From: an uncultured Pseudomonadota bacterium
Lineage (GTDB): Bacteria > Oederibacteriota > Muellerivitia > Muellerivitales > Muellerivitaceae
Assembly: GCA_963836235.1 (NCBI GenBank)
Contig: CAWIIP010000001.1
Coordinates: forward strand, 256,001 to 320,000
Reading direction: 5' to 3'
Length of the DNA: 64,000 nucleotides
Positions 41,401 through 51,843 of the stretch are shown piece by piece. A program made the translations under genes and the position numbers. How positions within the stretch are numbered: position 1 is the first letter of the stretch; every line of letters begins with the position of its first letter. The notes under the pieces are model-generated. The model saw nothing but the letters and a program-made list of their open reading frames with translations. It had not been told where the DNA came from and ran no database searches.

Positions 41401-43976
41401 TCACCAATACTCCGACGATCACATTCACCAATACGAACACGGACGTCATTACCCCTACAATGACCTCGACAGCCACCAAAACGGCTACCTCCACCATCAC
41501 CAATACCCCAACCTCAACTGCCACGGCGACGACCACTTCGACTAATACCAACACTCATACCGTGACCCAGACCGATACCAGTACGCCGAGTAACACGCCT
41601 TCAAACACCAACACACCGACGAATAGCCCCACTGTGGTTCCGACGGCAACGCCCACATCGGTAGCGACCGCGACGACGGTGGCGACGACAAGCGCCCCGC
41701 CGACGGCGACCGTGACGAACACGGTTACGATGATTCCCACGGGCACGGCGACTTCCACGGCGGTGTCCACGGCTACCTCGACGGTTACCTCAACCACGAC
41801 CAACACGAGCACCCAAACCAACAGCGCCACCAGTACAGCCACGAAGACTGTTACCAATACGGCGACCGCCACTGTCACGAGCACGAATAGCGCCACCAAC
41901 ACGGCGACCATTACGCCTACCAATACCCACACGGATGTAATAACTCCCACGATGACGTCTACTCCGACGAACACCGCTACTTCTACCTGGACCAACACGC
42001 CACTTCCCACCAATACAGCGACGAACACGGCGACAGCGACCGCCAGTTCAACGCCGACGAATAGCTATACAGTGACGAATACGACGACGAATACGCCTAC
42101 TCCCACCTTGAGCAATACGGCGACGGCGACCTTCACGGCGACGAATACGTTTACGGTGACCAATACGCCCACGGATACGGCCACCCCGACGCCAAGCCGA
42201 ACGCCTACGGATACCTTCACGGCGACGAATACGGCGACCTTGACTTCGACGGCAACCCCGACAAATACGTTTACGGTGACCAATACGCCGACGGATACCG
42301 CCACTGCCACGCCGAGCCGAACGCCCACGAATACCTTTACCGCGACGAATACGCCGACAATGACCGACACTTTGACGGCAACGAATACGCCCACGAATAC
42401 GGATACGCCGACGAATAGCTATACGGCCACGAACACGAAGACGAATACGCCCACAGCGACCGCTACGAATACCTTCACTGCGACCAATACGCCTACGAAC
42501 ACCGCGACATTCACGAATACCTATACTTTCACGCCATCGTGGACGGTAACGAATACGGCAACGCCAACAAACACAAAGACGCCGACGAATACGGCGACGA
42601 ACACAGCGACGGCGACGGCAAGCTCGACCCCGACGTCGACCTATACCTTTACGTCTACCTATACCTATAGCTACACCCCGACGCCGACCTTTACCTTCAC
42701 ACCAACGCCAGGAGTGAGCATCGTGAAGAAAACCTCGGAAACGGTGGCCCAATCGGGGGATTTGGTGACTTATAGCCTGATCTTGAACGTGGTGGAGGCG
42801 GCGGCCAGTTCGGTGACGGTGAGCGACCAACTGCCGGCGAATATGACTTTCGCGAGCTTCGCGTTGGTCCCGCCGGGTGGAGTGACGAGCGCGGTGGGAA
42901 ATAACTTGAGCTGGACTTTCCCGAGCTTGCCGGTGGGAGCGGTGACGCTGACGTACCAGGCAATAGTGGGTAATCTGTTGCCGGGCGGCACGGTATTGAC
43001 GAACAACGCGCAATTGACCTACGCGGGTAACCCGGTGCCGCAGAAGGCGTCGGTGAGTATCACGGTGGCGGCGATTTATAAGGTGGAAGTGGCGGTGTAT
43101 AATGAGGCGGGAGAGCTGGTGAAGGATATCTGGGTGCAGGAGCTGTCGCAGGAAGTGAAGAGCTTCACGCTGACGGGAGCGACGATCACGAGCCTGGAAG
43201 GGAAGACGTATGTGATGGTGGGCGGGGTGGTGATCGCGTCGTGGGATGGGACGAACCAGTCGGGGACGCCGGTGAGTAACGGTACTTATTACGTGAATGT
43301 GACGAGCACGGACCCGAGCGGAGTGGTGACGAACGTATCGCAGACGGTGACGGTGAGCCGGTCGATCGCGCAGGTGGTGGTGGATGTGTACAACGAGGCG
43401 GGAGAAGTGGTGAAGCATTTGTATAGCTACGCGGATGACCCTGGGAACGTGTCCTTGGGGGAGGTGGCGTTATCGACGGGGATGATCGCGCCGAGGGTTG
43501 GGACGCCGACGCCGGGCGGGGACAATTCAGTGACGATTACGTTCAATGGGACGTCGGTGGTGTGGGATGGAACGAGTGATAACGGGTCGATCGTGACGAA
43601 CGGGGTATATGAGATATCGGTGAACTGGACGAATGGGAGCGGTGGGGAGGAAGTGGTATCAAAGAGCGTGATTGTGCAGAGAGGGAACAGCCCGGTGACG
43701 AACGGGAACGTGTACGCGGCGCCGAACATCCTGAAGGGGACGGACACGACGAAGGTGAAGGTGGAATCGACGACGGACATGACGTTGACGGCGAGTGTGT
43801 ATGACGTGGCGGGAGAATTGGTGAAGAAGCCGGTCACGGGAACCCCAGGGACGAACGAAGTGGACCTGAACCTGTCGGGATTATCCAGCGGCCTTTACAT
43901 CGTGGTGGTGAACTTGAACGATCTCAACGGCACCTTCGTGCAGAAACAAACCACCAAAATTATCATTCAGCGGTAA
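38442..43976 (+). CDS. Giant secreted surface protein: expansin-like head, two Cys-containing beta domains, ~630-aa Thr stalk, DUF11, 2x FlgD-Ig-like, T9SS-CTD-like tail
   Basis: Signal MKKIPLV; [30 protein letters not shown] (expansin); SIVKK..GDLVTY..VSDQLP (DUF11); [15 protein letters not shown] twice; terminal APN..VYDVAG..GLYIV..KIIIQR. Confidence 0.88.
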   Translation: MKKIPLVLFITLSLFASSKLFALPAVTNSTYCPTGGGPTTYTSVATYYTGVYNSPGTGNCGFPSGSYDPNMFAAIDGNTSNDYANGEACGACVAARDTANGTAVTLMIIDNCATCSNAHQLDLSPTAFTDLAGTTVTGQVNITWNFVPCPLSLMTGDPTGNITYQWKSGCSAFYDPIQFMDMLFPIVSVSYATSSGGPFTSLVLGSSGVGGDEYWGPSSGNLNSTSGPFYFDVTDAEGGSVTLGPISVGSCGVTNATTSQLPGCGPTSTPTITLTPTVTMTPTKTNTPGSPTATPVGTNTPTPNPTSSLPGGITATNCSPSGQAAGAQQQQVVLTGPGLNYVMASESCGGAGLTVTLPPGAVPVTAFLWLYYNGPTGDVSTDTETFNGHGLGTGTLAGAATYTGWPQTWVNDRYNLNPGTVGITGSGVYHVSATLGGSDSCQSQSIMVVYQDPAQMATNSAVVVADGSSAWHIEDNGMIAYGAPPPNAGLNWACANLNCSTNETLSMSAIGGNHDCGVANDYDQILSGGATIWKGPSDILDCGNGPDQIAKLRNYEGVLTLPSTSTGITWGFGVSGSTAKTTYWQEALAAQVSCQPLTHCSDAITFNSSPVGGIPQGWITGDAPVSQKTGWVESSSGISQTAGCSGIPSELLDNNIRTGPGTMLVQMQATQYQASGDGLLLDYNNLTGTGYEVSFTNTSPASILFIQNPNDSPTTLGTASVASASATLFSEFWAQVVQTSSCQFIVSYGPTATSLTAAATFTVSGCTTTGMAGFEAGSCSNNNYQSFSWTSGCPATPTPTKTPTNTPTPTPTNTPTPTPTKTTTATTTSSATSTTTASATASATSSTTSTTTKTSTATAVATATSSATASATSSATSSTTASATTTTTKTATASATSSTTSSATASATSSATSSATASATTTTTKTATASATTTATSSATASTTSSATSSATASTTATTTKTATASATASTTNSATASATASATATITNTPTITFTNTNTDVITPTMTSTATKTATSTITNTPTSTATATTTSTNTNTHTVTQTDTSTPSNTPSNTNTPTNSPTVVPTATPTSVATATTVATTSAPPTATVTNTVTMIPTGTATSTAVSTATSTVTSTTTNTSTQTNSATSTATKTVTNTATATVTSTNSATNTATITPTNTHTDVITPTMTSTPTNTATSTWTNTPLPTNTATNTATATASSTPTNSYTVTNTTTNTPTPTLSNTATATFTATNTFTVTNTPTDTATPTPSRTPTDTFTATNTATLTSTATPTNTFTVTNTPTDTATATPSRTPTNTFTATNTPTMTDTLTATNTPTNTDTPTNSYTATNTKTNTPTATATNTFTATNTPTNTATFTNTYTFTPSWTVTNTATPTNTKTPTNTATNTATATASSTPTSTYTFTSTYTYSYTPTPTFTFTPTPGVSIVKKTSETVAQSGDLVTYSLILNVVEAAASSVTVSDQLPANMTFASFALVPPGGVTSAVGNNLSWTFPSLPVGAVTLTYQAIVGNLLPGGTVLTNNAQLTYAGNPVPQKASVSITVAAIYKVEVAVYNEAGELVKDIWVQELSQEVKSFTLTGATITSLEGKTYVMVGGVVIASWDGTNQSGTPVSNGTYYVNVTSTDPSGVVTNVSQTVTVSRSIAQVVVDVYNEAGEVVKHLYSYADDPGNVSLGEVALSTGMIAPRVGTPTPGGDNSVTITFNGTSVVWDGTSDNGSIVTNGVYEISVNWTNGSGGEEVVSKSVIVQRGNSPVTNGNVYAAPNILKGTDTTKVKVESTTDMTLTASVYDVAGELVKKPVTGTPGTNEVDLNLSGLSSGLYIVVVNLNDLNGTFVQKQTTKIIIQR
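40826..42710 (+). repeat. Low-complexity (T-x)n stalk with 108-nt and 120-nt tandem units
   Basis: GACGAGTTCGGCGACTT at 41054/41162/41270; AATACGTTTACGGTGACCAATACGCC at 42144/42264. Confidence 0.9.
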
Positions 43977-44006
43977 AGCTCACCTACCTTAATCAAAACA
44001 AGAGAT

Positions 44007-44026
44007 TTTCGCCTGAAAGGGCGAAA
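44007..44026. terminator. Hairpin after the expansin-like gene (possible terminator)
   Basis: TTTCGCC-TGAAAG-GGCGAAA; weak U-tract. Confidence 0.45.
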
Positions 44027-44235
44027 CATTTATCCGATCAAAACCAAGCCTAAATCCGGCTTGAATTATTTGATCCCGCCAGAACCCGTGCGGATTCCCC
44101 GTCGATAATTTCAAATTAAAGCAGGCTTTTCATTTTAAAAGGGACCTTTAAAGTAACGGGACCGTCCCCTAAAATCGTTTATCGACTGAGGTTATATTTT
44201 ATTTCGGTACCATGATTCAACTAACGGGGTGACGG

Positions 44236-45381
44236 ATGGAATCGGTTAAAAAGGATCTGGTGGCGTGGATGCGGGATGAAGCTTTGCCTCTATGGGCTTC
44301 CAGGGGCGTGGACCGGGAATATGGCGGTTTTATTGAGGAACTCAATCAGGACGGTAGCCCCTCCGGCGTGGCCTTCAAGCGGGTTCGGGTCCAGGGACGG
44401 CAGCTTTTTTCCTTCGCTACCGCCGCGATTTTGGGTTGGCATAAGGACGCGGGAGCCATCGCCGAACAGGGCTATGACTATCTCAAATCCAAATGCCGTG
44501 CCCAAGATGGGTATTGGGTCAAGCGACTTTCACGAGATGGCTCCATTCTAGACGCCGAGCTCGATCTCTATGACACTGCCTTTATCGTGCTGGGATTGGC
44601 GACCTATTACCGCCTGACCCGGGACCGGGAAGCGCTCGGATTGATCGAGTCTACCCTCCCCATGGTCCAAACAAGGCTCGCCACCTCCTCCGTCAATGGT
44701 TATCGGCAATTGGCCGGCGACAGGGATGTACTGCGGCAAAACCCGAACATGCACTGGTTCGAGGCGATGCTTTTTTGCTTTGATACAACGCATGATCAGC
44801 GTTTTCTTGACGAAGCGAAGCATATCTATAGCCGAATGGAAGAGTCGGTCATCGACCCCAAAACCGGGGCCCTGCGCGAGCTATTTGACAACCAATGGAA
44901 GCCTGTCTTGGAGGGCGGCAAGCTTTTGCTTGAGCCCGGGCATCATTATGAATGGTCCTGGCTTCTCTCCCGGGCCGCCAACAAGATTTCGGTCAATCCC
45001 GCCCTCATCCAGAAAATCCTCGGTTTCGCCGACCGGTTCGGGGTTAATCCCGCCACCGGGCTGGTTTATGACCAAGTCAGCGGGGACGGCCAGGTGACCC
45101 AAGCCACCCACCGGCTCTGGGTGCAAACGGAAGCCCTTAAGGCCTGGTTGGTGCGCAAAGACGTGAAGGAGTTCGACCGGGAGCGCCGGATAAGTGAAAT
45201 GGAGAACAATCTTTTGCGACACTATTTCGCCCGTGAGCCCATGGGCTCCTGGTGCGACCGATTGGACGCGGATGGAAGGGTCCATGACGGCCCGATCCCC
45301 GCCAGCTCCATGTACCACGTCCTGATGTGCGTCGTTGAGCTTTGGGCCTGGCGTTCGGCCCGGGAAAACACGGGGAAATAA
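44236..45381 (+). CDS. AGE-family epimerase/isomerase (YihS/mannose isomerase-like)
   Basis: RVQGRQ, LYD.AF, RQNPNMH, EPGHHYEW, RLWVQTE, SSMYH. Confidence 0.9.
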   Translation: MESVKKDLVAWMRDEALPLWASRGVDREYGGFIEELNQDGSPSGVAFKRVRVQGRQLFSFATAAILGWHKDAGAIAEQGYDYLKSKCRAQDGYWVKRLSRDGSILDAELDLYDTAFIVLGLATYYRLTRDREALGLIESTLPMVQTRLATSSVNGYRQLAGDRDVLRQNPNMHWFEAMLFCFDTTHDQRFLDEAKHIYSRMEESVIDPKTGALRELFDNQWKPVLEGGKLLLEPGHHYEWSWLLSRAANKISVNPALIQKILGFADRFGVNPATGLVYDQVSGDGQVTQATHRLWVQTEALKAWLVRKDVKEFDRERRISEMENNLLRHYFAREPMGSWCDRLDADGRVHDGPIPASSMYHVLMCVVELWAWRSARENTGK

Positions 45382-45422
45382 AAGGGGTAAAGGCCGGTCT
45401 TTTTCCTGAACCCGATTTTATA

Positions 45423-46367
45423 TTAAGTTTCCCAGTGCTCCATAACCGCGGCGCAAAGACTCGCCTTATCGCCGATGGTTTCGCCCAACTCCGAAGGAAC
45501 AATCCTGCAAATAGACTGGGATCGGGCCAGGGCCTCCTGGCGGATGACCTGAAGGGCCGCCGGGCGGAAGAAACCTTCATTTCTTGAATAGATGCCGCCG
45601 AGGACGATCCTCTCGGGATTCAAAAGATCGATCAGGATGGACAAGCCCATTCCCAGGTATCGTCCGCTGGTTTGAAGAATCGCTCGGGAGGCTTTATCTC
45701 CACGCTTCGCCGCCTCGCAGAGTTCCTTGGCGCTCACTGCCCGGCCGCCGGTTTTTTCCGCCATTCGGGCGAGGCCGCCCCCGCTACAGAAACCCTCGAA
45801 CGAGCCTTTCTTTCCATAACCCAGCGGCCCATTGGCTGCCAGGCGGATGTGGCCGGCCTCGCCCGCCATGTCGTTGGAGCCGCGGTAAAGGCGGCCGTCC
45901 AGGATAAGTCCCGCGCCCAAGCCGGTGCCAAAGGTGAGAAAGATCATGTTCCGGCATCCCCGGCCCGCACCGAATTTCCATTCGGCCACGGCGCAGGCGT
46001 TGGCATCGTTTTCAAGCCGGACCGGGCATTGGAGTTTACTCCGGAGTAGGCGGACGATGGGAACCCTCTTCCAACCGGGTAGGTTTGGGGGGGAGAGAAT
46101 AAGTCCTTCGCGGCTATCCAAGGGACCGCCACAACTGACTCCTGCCTTATGAATGGACTCGGGTTTAATACCGTTGTAGGCGGTGATTCTATCGATGCCG
46201 TCAAAAAGTTCTTTCAGGACCATTTTCCATCTTCTGCGCGGTTGGGTGGGGAAGGAAAGCCGGTCGACAATCCGCAACTTCGCGTCACCCAATACAACGG
46301 CGCACTTGGTCCCGCCGATGTCCAGGCCCACGATCCATTTTTTTCTATTAGGATGTTTTGTCACCAT
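45423..46367 (-). CDS. ROK family sugar kinase
   Basis: GLDIGGTK, ENDANA, GTGLGAG, GEAGH. Confidence 0.92.
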   Translation of the reverse strand: MVTKHPNRKKWIVGLDIGGTKCAVVLGDAKLRIVDRLSFPTQPRRRWKMVLKELFDGIDRITAYNGIKPESIHKAGVSCGGPLDSREGLILSPPNLPGWKRVPIVRLLRSKLQCPVRLENDANACAVAEWKFGAGRGCRNMIFLTFGTGLGAGLILDGRLYRGSNDMAGEAGHIRLAANGPLGYGKKGSFEGFCSGGGLARMAEKTGGRAVSAKELCEAAKRGDKASRAILQTSGRYLGMGLSILIDLLNPERIVLGGIYSRNEGFFRPAALQVIRQEALARSQSICRIVPSELGETIGDKASLCAAVMEHWET

Positions 46368-46563
46368 GATGTCATCCTACCATGGCAGAACTGGTAGGGG
46401 GAAAACGGCACAAAGGCGGCGGGGGAATGACTTTTCAAACCACAGGCCTTTATGATGCAGCTCATTAAGTCGTCCTCCCAAAAATGGTATATTGCCTTCC
46501 ATTTTTGAAAGTCTAGAAACTCGCCCGGCCGCGAGGGATACCATCCCTATTCAGGAAAGTTAC

Positions 46564-47649
46564 GTGAATTCGACCAACAAAAAAACGCTTGTGGCCGCTT
46601 CCTTGATACTTTTTGGAATGATGGTGCTGGCATTGGCCGCGGCGCTTTTGACCGACTTTTCCAAGCTCGGGGAGGTCTTCCGTCATTTGGAATGGGGTCC
46701 ATTCCTTTTGGCTCTTTTTTCCACAGGCTCAGCTTATCTGGCCTCCGCCCTGTCTTTTCGGGTGCTTTTCGGCCTGACACCCTACCGGGTACCTTTTTCC
46801 CGTTTTTTTCCTATCATGTTCATATCGGATACGGTCAACTTCATTATTTCGTCCGGTGGAATGTCGAGTATCGCCAATCGCGCTTTTCTGCTCAAACAAG
46901 AAAAAGTTCCTTATTCGGTTTCGATCCCGCTGTCGCTGGTGCAAAACCTGGTATTTAATTTAGTCCTTTCCGGCGTTTGTCTGGGCGGTCTGGCCTATCT
47001 TCACGGCCACCCCGAAATGGTGGGCGCGCCGAAACAAATGGCGCTGTTGTCGTTCATGGCGGGGCTTTTGGCTGTCATGGCGGGAATGGTTTTGATCTTC
47101 TTTCACCGGGGTTTCCGCCGCTGGGTTTTGGGCCAAATCCTCCGCGCGGGCCATGGGATAAGCCGGATAATTTCGAGCGCGAAAATCGACGATCGGCAAT
47201 GGGAAGAAGCCCTTGACCAAGTGGAATCCACCCTGGATATTTTGCGCCAAGGCCGGGTCCAGCTACTGCTGGTTTTTTTCTGGGTTAGCTTGAACTGGTG
47301 CCTGATGGCCCTGACTTTTTATTTTTGCTTTCACGCGGTAGGGTTGGACCTGCATCTGGGCCTGCTTTTGGTTGGCTTCACGGTGATGTTCTTGTCGTCC
47401 AATGTCAATCCGGTACCCGCCGGGCTCGGGGTGAGCGAATCCCTCTTGGCCTTTATCTTTAAGTTACTGGGGGTGGGTTTTGAGGAAACCCTTGTGGCGG
47501 CCATTCTCTTCCGGCTGGTTTACTACCTGATTCCCCTAGCGATTTCTGCGGTTCTCTATTTGGATGCTTTGCGGTTGCTCCTAAAGCCGCGGCCGGAGGA
47601 AGGCTTTTATGATCCGGCCCATGAAGTTCCCGAAAAGAAAATGATATAG
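46564..47649 (+). CDS. Lysylphosphatidylglycerol synthase TM-region / flippase-like membrane protein
   Basis: Multi-TM; PVPAGLGVSE and AAILFRLVYY motifs. Confidence 0.82.
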   Translation: MNSTNKKTLVAASLILFGMMVLALAAALLTDFSKLGEVFRHLEWGPFLLALFSTGSAYLASALSFRVLFGLTPYRVPFSRFFPIMFISDTVNFIISSGGMSSIANRAFLLKQEKVPYSVSIPLSLVQNLVFNLVLSGVCLGGLAYLHGHPEMVGAPKQMALLSFMAGLLAVMAGMVLIFFHRGFRRWVLGQILRAGHGISRIISSAKIDDRQWEEALDQVESTLDILRQGRVQLLLVFFWVSLNWCLMALTFYFCFHAVGLDLHLGLLLVGFTVMFLSSNVNPVPAGLGVSESLLAFIFKLLGVGFEETLVAAILFRLVYYLIPLAISAVLYLDALRLLLKPRPEEGFYDPAHEVPEKKMI

Positions 47650-47705
47650 TGAGCCTGGGTAAAGGGATAAAAAGAAAAATTCAGTGTTTCACGGAAAGGG
47701 ATGCT

Positions 47706-48620
47706 ATGAGTTTTTTGAGCGAGTGTGAAATGGGCCTCGGCACCTGGGCTTGGGGAAAGGGCAAGGTTTGGGGTTATGGGCAGGGTTATGACGGCAAAGA
47801 CCTGAAGGAAACCTTCCAGGCGGCTCTGAATTCCGGCATCCAACTGTTCGATACGGCGGAAGTTTATGGAGAGGGTGAATCGGAAAGCTTTTTGGGCCAG
47901 TTCCTTGGGGAAATAAAACCCGGAAATATCCACATTGCCACCAAGTTTGCCCCCATGCCTTGGCGGGTCAGCACTTCGCGATTATTGAAAGCCCTGCGGG
48001 CCAGCCTGTCTCGGCTGGGGTTGAAATCCGTGGACCTTTACCAGATGCACTGGCCCAGCCCGCCCCGTTCCATTAAGGCTTGGATGGAGCCCATGGCTCA
48101 AGCGGTCAAGGAAGGGTTAACAAAAGAAGTCGGCGTTTCCAATTTTTCCCGGAACCAGATGCTTCGGGCCCAGGAGGCCTTGTCCGCCTTCGGCGTTCCC
48201 CTGGCCTCCAACCAGATGCAGTACAGCCTGGTTCGTCGCAAAAACGACCTCAATGGCTTGATGGAGGAATGTCAAAAATCGAAAATTCGCTTCATCGCCT
48301 ATAGCCCTTTGGGAATGGGCATGCTTTCGGGCAAGTACTCTCCCCAAAACCCGCCTTCGGGCCCCCGTCGGCTTTTTTTCTTCGGTCAATTGGGCCGCAT
48401 TCAAACCCTTGTTGGGAAACTGAAGGAAATAGGAGCGGCCCAGGGTGGAAAAACCGTCAACCAAGTGGCCTTGAACTGGATATTGTGTAAAGGGGCCCTC
48501 CCCATTCCTGGCGCCAAAACCGCCGCCCAGGCGAGGGAAAACGCAGGCGCTATGGGGTGGCGTCTGAATCCGACCCAGGTGGAAGCCTTGGATGAGGCGA
48601 GCCGGTTTTTCAAGGGTTGA
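47706..48620 (+). CDS. Aldo/keto reductase
   Basis: GLGTWAWG, FDTAEVYG, ATK, DLYQMHWP, GVSNF, AYSPL, PIPG. Confidence 0.93.
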   Translation: MSFLSECEMGLGTWAWGKGKVWGYGQGYDGKDLKETFQAALNSGIQLFDTAEVYGEGESESFLGQFLGEIKPGNIHIATKFAPMPWRVSTSRLLKALRASLSRLGLKSVDLYQMHWPSPPRSIKAWMEPMAQAVKEGLTKEVGVSNFSRNQMLRAQEALSAFGVPLASNQMQYSLVRRKNDLNGLMEECQKSKIRFIAYSPLGMGMLSGKYSPQNPPSGPRRLFFFGQLGRIQTLVGKLKEIGAAQGGKTVNQVALNWILCKGALPIPGAKTAAQARENAGAMGWRLNPTQVEALDEASRFFKG

Positions 48621-48640
48621 ACCGAGGGGACTTCCAAAAT

Positions 48641-49720
48641 CTATTTTCCGTTGTTCCGGCAGGCTTCTTTCCATAATTGGACCAAAGCGCTCCACAAACT
48701 TTTTCGGCGCGCCAAACCCAGGGGGGTGTTGGGGGGAAGTTCCCGCGTCAACCTCCGGTGGGCCTCACCCAGCGAGTGATAGGGCAAGGCGGGGAAGAGA
48801 TGGTGGGTGGCATGGTACCGAAGGCCGACCGGCGCCCAGAGGGCCGTCAGGAAAAGATGGCCGGGGATGTCGGTGGAGTCCAGGATTTGTTCCTCAAAAC
48901 TCATCACATGGTCAGCGGGATTGCGGTCGCAATGGGCGGCCAGGCTCCTCACGCTGTTGGCCACCAAAATAAAAACCGCCAAGAGATACCAAAAAAGAAG
49001 GACTTTCCAGGGAAGAAGTCCCTTAACCATCAAAATAAAACTGGCCGCAAGGATTGCGAAAGTCAAGAATTCCTGTATTCCCGCCGTTCTTTTCTCTTTT
49101 TCCGAGGGAAGGGGACGCCGGTAACTGCCCCCAGCCGCCAGGGAAGAGCCCAGCACCCAAAGAGGTTCGCGCAGGGGTGGGAGGATATAGGAGAGGGGCG
49201 CTAAAACCAGGAAGCGGAAGAGAAAGAAAGCCGGCGCCACCAACATGGTCAGGGGAAACAGGAATATCCGGTAGGGTTTTGCCAGAGCAAAAGCGAAGTA
49301 CTCAGGATCGTCCTTGGTTCCGTAGACCTGAGTTTTGTGGTGTTCGGTATGGACCCCCAGGTAAAGAAAAGAAGGCAGCGTTAGGGGAAAACCGCAGATC
49401 AGGTTCCAAACCCAGAGGAAAATCCGGAAAGTTCCCTTTTTGAGATGGGACAACTCGTGGACAAAGAGAACAGCCCGGTACAAAGAAAAACCGGCCACCA
49501 AAAAAGCGGAAAACTGAAAAAGAGAGAAATCCCTGGCCCTCACGGCCAGGACGAAAGCGGTCCAACCCGAAAAATCGTAAAACAAAAAATCCGCCCAATA
49601 GATAAGTGGATTCGGTTCAAAGAGGTCTTGGACAATCCTTTTGGCCTCGGCCATGGGGAAAGGGATGGTTGGGTTTTCTTCCACAGGGCCTCCGGGGTCC
49701 CTTAACTTAAACAAGTTCAC
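48641..49720 (-). CDS. Membrane fatty acid desaturase family protein
   Basis: His boxes HELSH, HTEHH, HATHH; multiple TMs. Confidence 0.88.
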   Translation of the reverse strand: MNLFKLRDPGGPVEENPTIPFPMAEAKRIVQDLFEPNPLIYWADFLFYDFSGWTAFVLAVRARDFSLFQFSAFLVAGFSLYRAVLFVHELSHLKKGTFRIFLWVWNLICGFPLTLPSFLYLGVHTEHHKTQVYGTKDDPEYFAFALAKPYRIFLFPLTMLVAPAFFLFRFLVLAPLSYILPPLREPLWVLGSSLAAGGSYRRPLPSEKEKRTAGIQEFLTFAILAASFILMVKGLLPWKVLLFWYLLAVFILVANSVRSLAAHCDRNPADHVMSFEEQILDSTDIPGHLFLTALWAPVGLRYHATHHLFPALPYHSLGEAHRRLTRELPPNTPLGLARRKSLWSALVQLWKEACRNNGK

Positions 49721-49811
49721 TTTCTGCGACTATGAGATAGCTCATAGAGCCCCTTCAAATAACGAACCTAATTTGAGTTTTAGGCTTTGAATTATGATGA
49801 GAAATTTTCCT

Positions 49812-49859
49812 TTGACAATTCGGGCCCATTCGTTTAAATTGATAATGATTATCAATATC
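49812..49859 (+). promoter_or_regulatory. Sigma70 promoter with adjacent Fur box
   Basis: TTGACA(49812)-N17-TAAATT; GATAATGATTATCAATATC at 49841-49859 matches the Fur consensus at 17/19. Confidence 0.8.
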
Positions 49860-49959
49860 ATAAATAAACAAAGTTATTTAACGTCGGTTCTTAATTTGGG
49901 CTTGGAAGATCGTGATTATCCCCCGACTCATGTCGGGGAAAAAAAATAGGGAGGATTTT

Positions 49960-50736
49960 ATGTTGAAATTGAGATTGAGGAAAGCCGTATGTTTTATTTT
50001 ATTGGCGCTTTTATGGGTTCCTGTTTTCGGGGCGGATCGGCATTTTATTTATAACTATGAATCCAATAACCTCGGACCGGGGGAAAGGGACCTGGAAACC
50101 TACACCTGGTACCTCTGGGGGCGCAATTCCTTTTATTCGGCCATGAATCAAAGTATTGAATTTGAAACCGGCTTGGACGTGGGCCTCCAAACCTCCTTAT
50201 ATCTCAATTTCACCCAGCAATATGTCGATCAGGGAAACGGGCCCCAATTGTCGGGGCCGGTCTTGGACGGCATTTCCAACGAATGGAAGTTCAAATTGAT
50301 GGATAGCGCCGCGGATGCGTTTGGCTTGGGTCTTTACTTCGAGCCCGAATTTGAGCCGGACGATTTCGAACTGGAAACGAAAGTCATTGTGGACAAAAAC
50401 ATGGGTTCATGGCTCTGGACTTTTAACCTGCTTGCCGAACCTACTTTTGATTACACGGATACCAACGAATCTTTCTTGTTGAGGCCCTCCCTGGGCGTGG
50501 GATGTTCCCTGTCTGATAGCGTTTTTGTCGGTTTTGAAGCTATGGACCAAAATTTTTATGATGACCAGCCAATGCGGTCGGTTCTCTCCATGGGACCTTG
50601 CTTTCAGTATTCGGGGAAGAACTGGTGGGTCGAACTTTGTTTCTTGCCTCAGTTGGCCAATATCGGAAGCCCCACGTTGGATTTTACCGACAGCCAGCGG
50701 GATCAAATCGCGGTAGCGAGCTCCTTTGATTTATAA
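49960..50736 (+). CDS. Small outer-membrane beta-barrel (DUF6662-like)
   Basis: Signal peptide; FIYNYE...GERDLE, EFETG, SNEWKFK, ELETKVIVDK; amphipathic strands; SD GGAGGA. Confidence 0.65.
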   Translation: MLKLRLRKAVCFILLALLWVPVFGADRHFIYNYESNNLGPGERDLETYTWYLWGRNSFYSAMNQSIEFETGLDVGLQTSLYLNFTQQYVDQGNGPQLSGPVLDGISNEWKFKLMDSAADAFGLGLYFEPEFEPDDFELETKVIVDKNMGSWLWTFNLLAEPTFDYTDTNESFLLRPSLGVGCSLSDSVFVGFEAMDQNFYDDQPMRSVLSMGPCFQYSGKNWWVELCFLPQLANIGSPTLDFTDSQRDQIAVASSFDL

Positions 50737-50796
50737 AATTCGCGAACGGGCTGCAAGGTTCATTTTTTACGAAAATTTCAGCAAAAGGAAAATCTC

Positions 50797-51129
50797 ATGA
50801 AGAAAAGTTATTGGCTTACGGTGGTGGCCCTCTTAAGCCTCACGCTCATTTGGGCCTGCGCGCCCCTGCTACCTTATCCGACGGGGGAGGGGTTATCGCG
50901 GATCCAGGCCGAAAGGCCGAACCTTACCCTTCAAGACCTGGAAATAGGCCGCCGGTTTTATGCCGACCATTGCGCCAATTGCCATCGGCTGCATATCCCT
51001 TCGGAAAAGACCGCCAAGGACTGGAAGAAGACGGTCGCGAGAATGCAGGAAAGGGCCAAAATCGATGATGCCACCAGCGATTCGATTCTGGCCTATCTGG
51101 TGGCCATGAATGGGAAGGCGAAAAATTAA
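50797..51129 (+). CDS. Monoheme c-type cytochrome lipoprotein
   Basis: Lipobox IWAC; CANCH; distal Met candidate (RMQ). Confidence 0.85.
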   Translation: MKKSYWLTVVALLSLTLIWACAPLLPYPTGEGLSRIQAERPNLTLQDLEIGRRFYADHCANCHRLHIPSEKTAKDWKKTVARMQERAKIDDATSDSILAYLVAMNGKAKN

Positions 51130-51843
51130 CTCTGGGAACTTTAGCCTTGCTTAAGAAGAGGGAAGGAAAGAACCTCGAAACGTCCCCTGGAGCCAACTTG
51201 ACCTCTAGGGTTTAGGCTATGGCAAGGTTGGCGTCAATTTAAAGGCTCCTAGAGTTAAAGGCCTTTTATTCAGTCGTAATCTTCCCGAAAGTGACATCAA
51301 GTGTTACTTTAACTCTCTGAAAAAGACTTTATTTATCGAGCTTTTTTGTTGGGAAGAGAGTGATTTTGTTTAGTGGTGAATCCCCAAAGATGGGAAGTAA
51401 AAGTTTATCTTGGACGAACTCAGCTTAAACAAGATGGATCCCACTTATTTAGGGCTAAACAGGCTCATTTGAGCATTTTTCCTTATTTTGCGCCCTAATT
51501 TTATGAATGAAAAAGAAATCGTTCGGACCGAAAAAATCGATTTTTAGCAAAATCAGGGAACGTCTCAATGGTTATCCTCTTGAATTATCTTTCAAATAAA
51601 ACGGATTTAAATGCAAAAACAGGGAGTTTTAGCTGAATTTTTTTGCCAACCGAAAATTTCCTGACTTGAGAATGGAATGGAGTCTTTCTAAATGATTTTC
51701 ACGAAGGAAATACTCTGAAGAATGAAGACTTAAGCTGTTGGCGTTCGAAAAAAAGTATTTTAATCGATATGGAAAGCCAATTAATTGGTCCGAAAGAAGG
51801 GCAACCCGGTTGACCTTCCCCCAATATTCGATCCAAATTTAAG

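Noticed and set aside
40762-43837. Long alternative and antisense ORFs (Val-rich or Arg/His-rich, up to 456 aa) over the stalk gene
   Set aside because: Shadows of Thr-codon repeats and biased codon use; no independent protein features.
44000-44070. GAAA-loop hairpin plus GCCTAAA as a c-di-GMP-I riboswitch
   Set aside because: Lacks the GGCAAA and ACGCAAA core elements; more simply a terminator-like stem.
47685-47700. parS-like TGTTTCACGGAAAGGG
   Set aside because: Only 11/16 to consensus and not palindromic.
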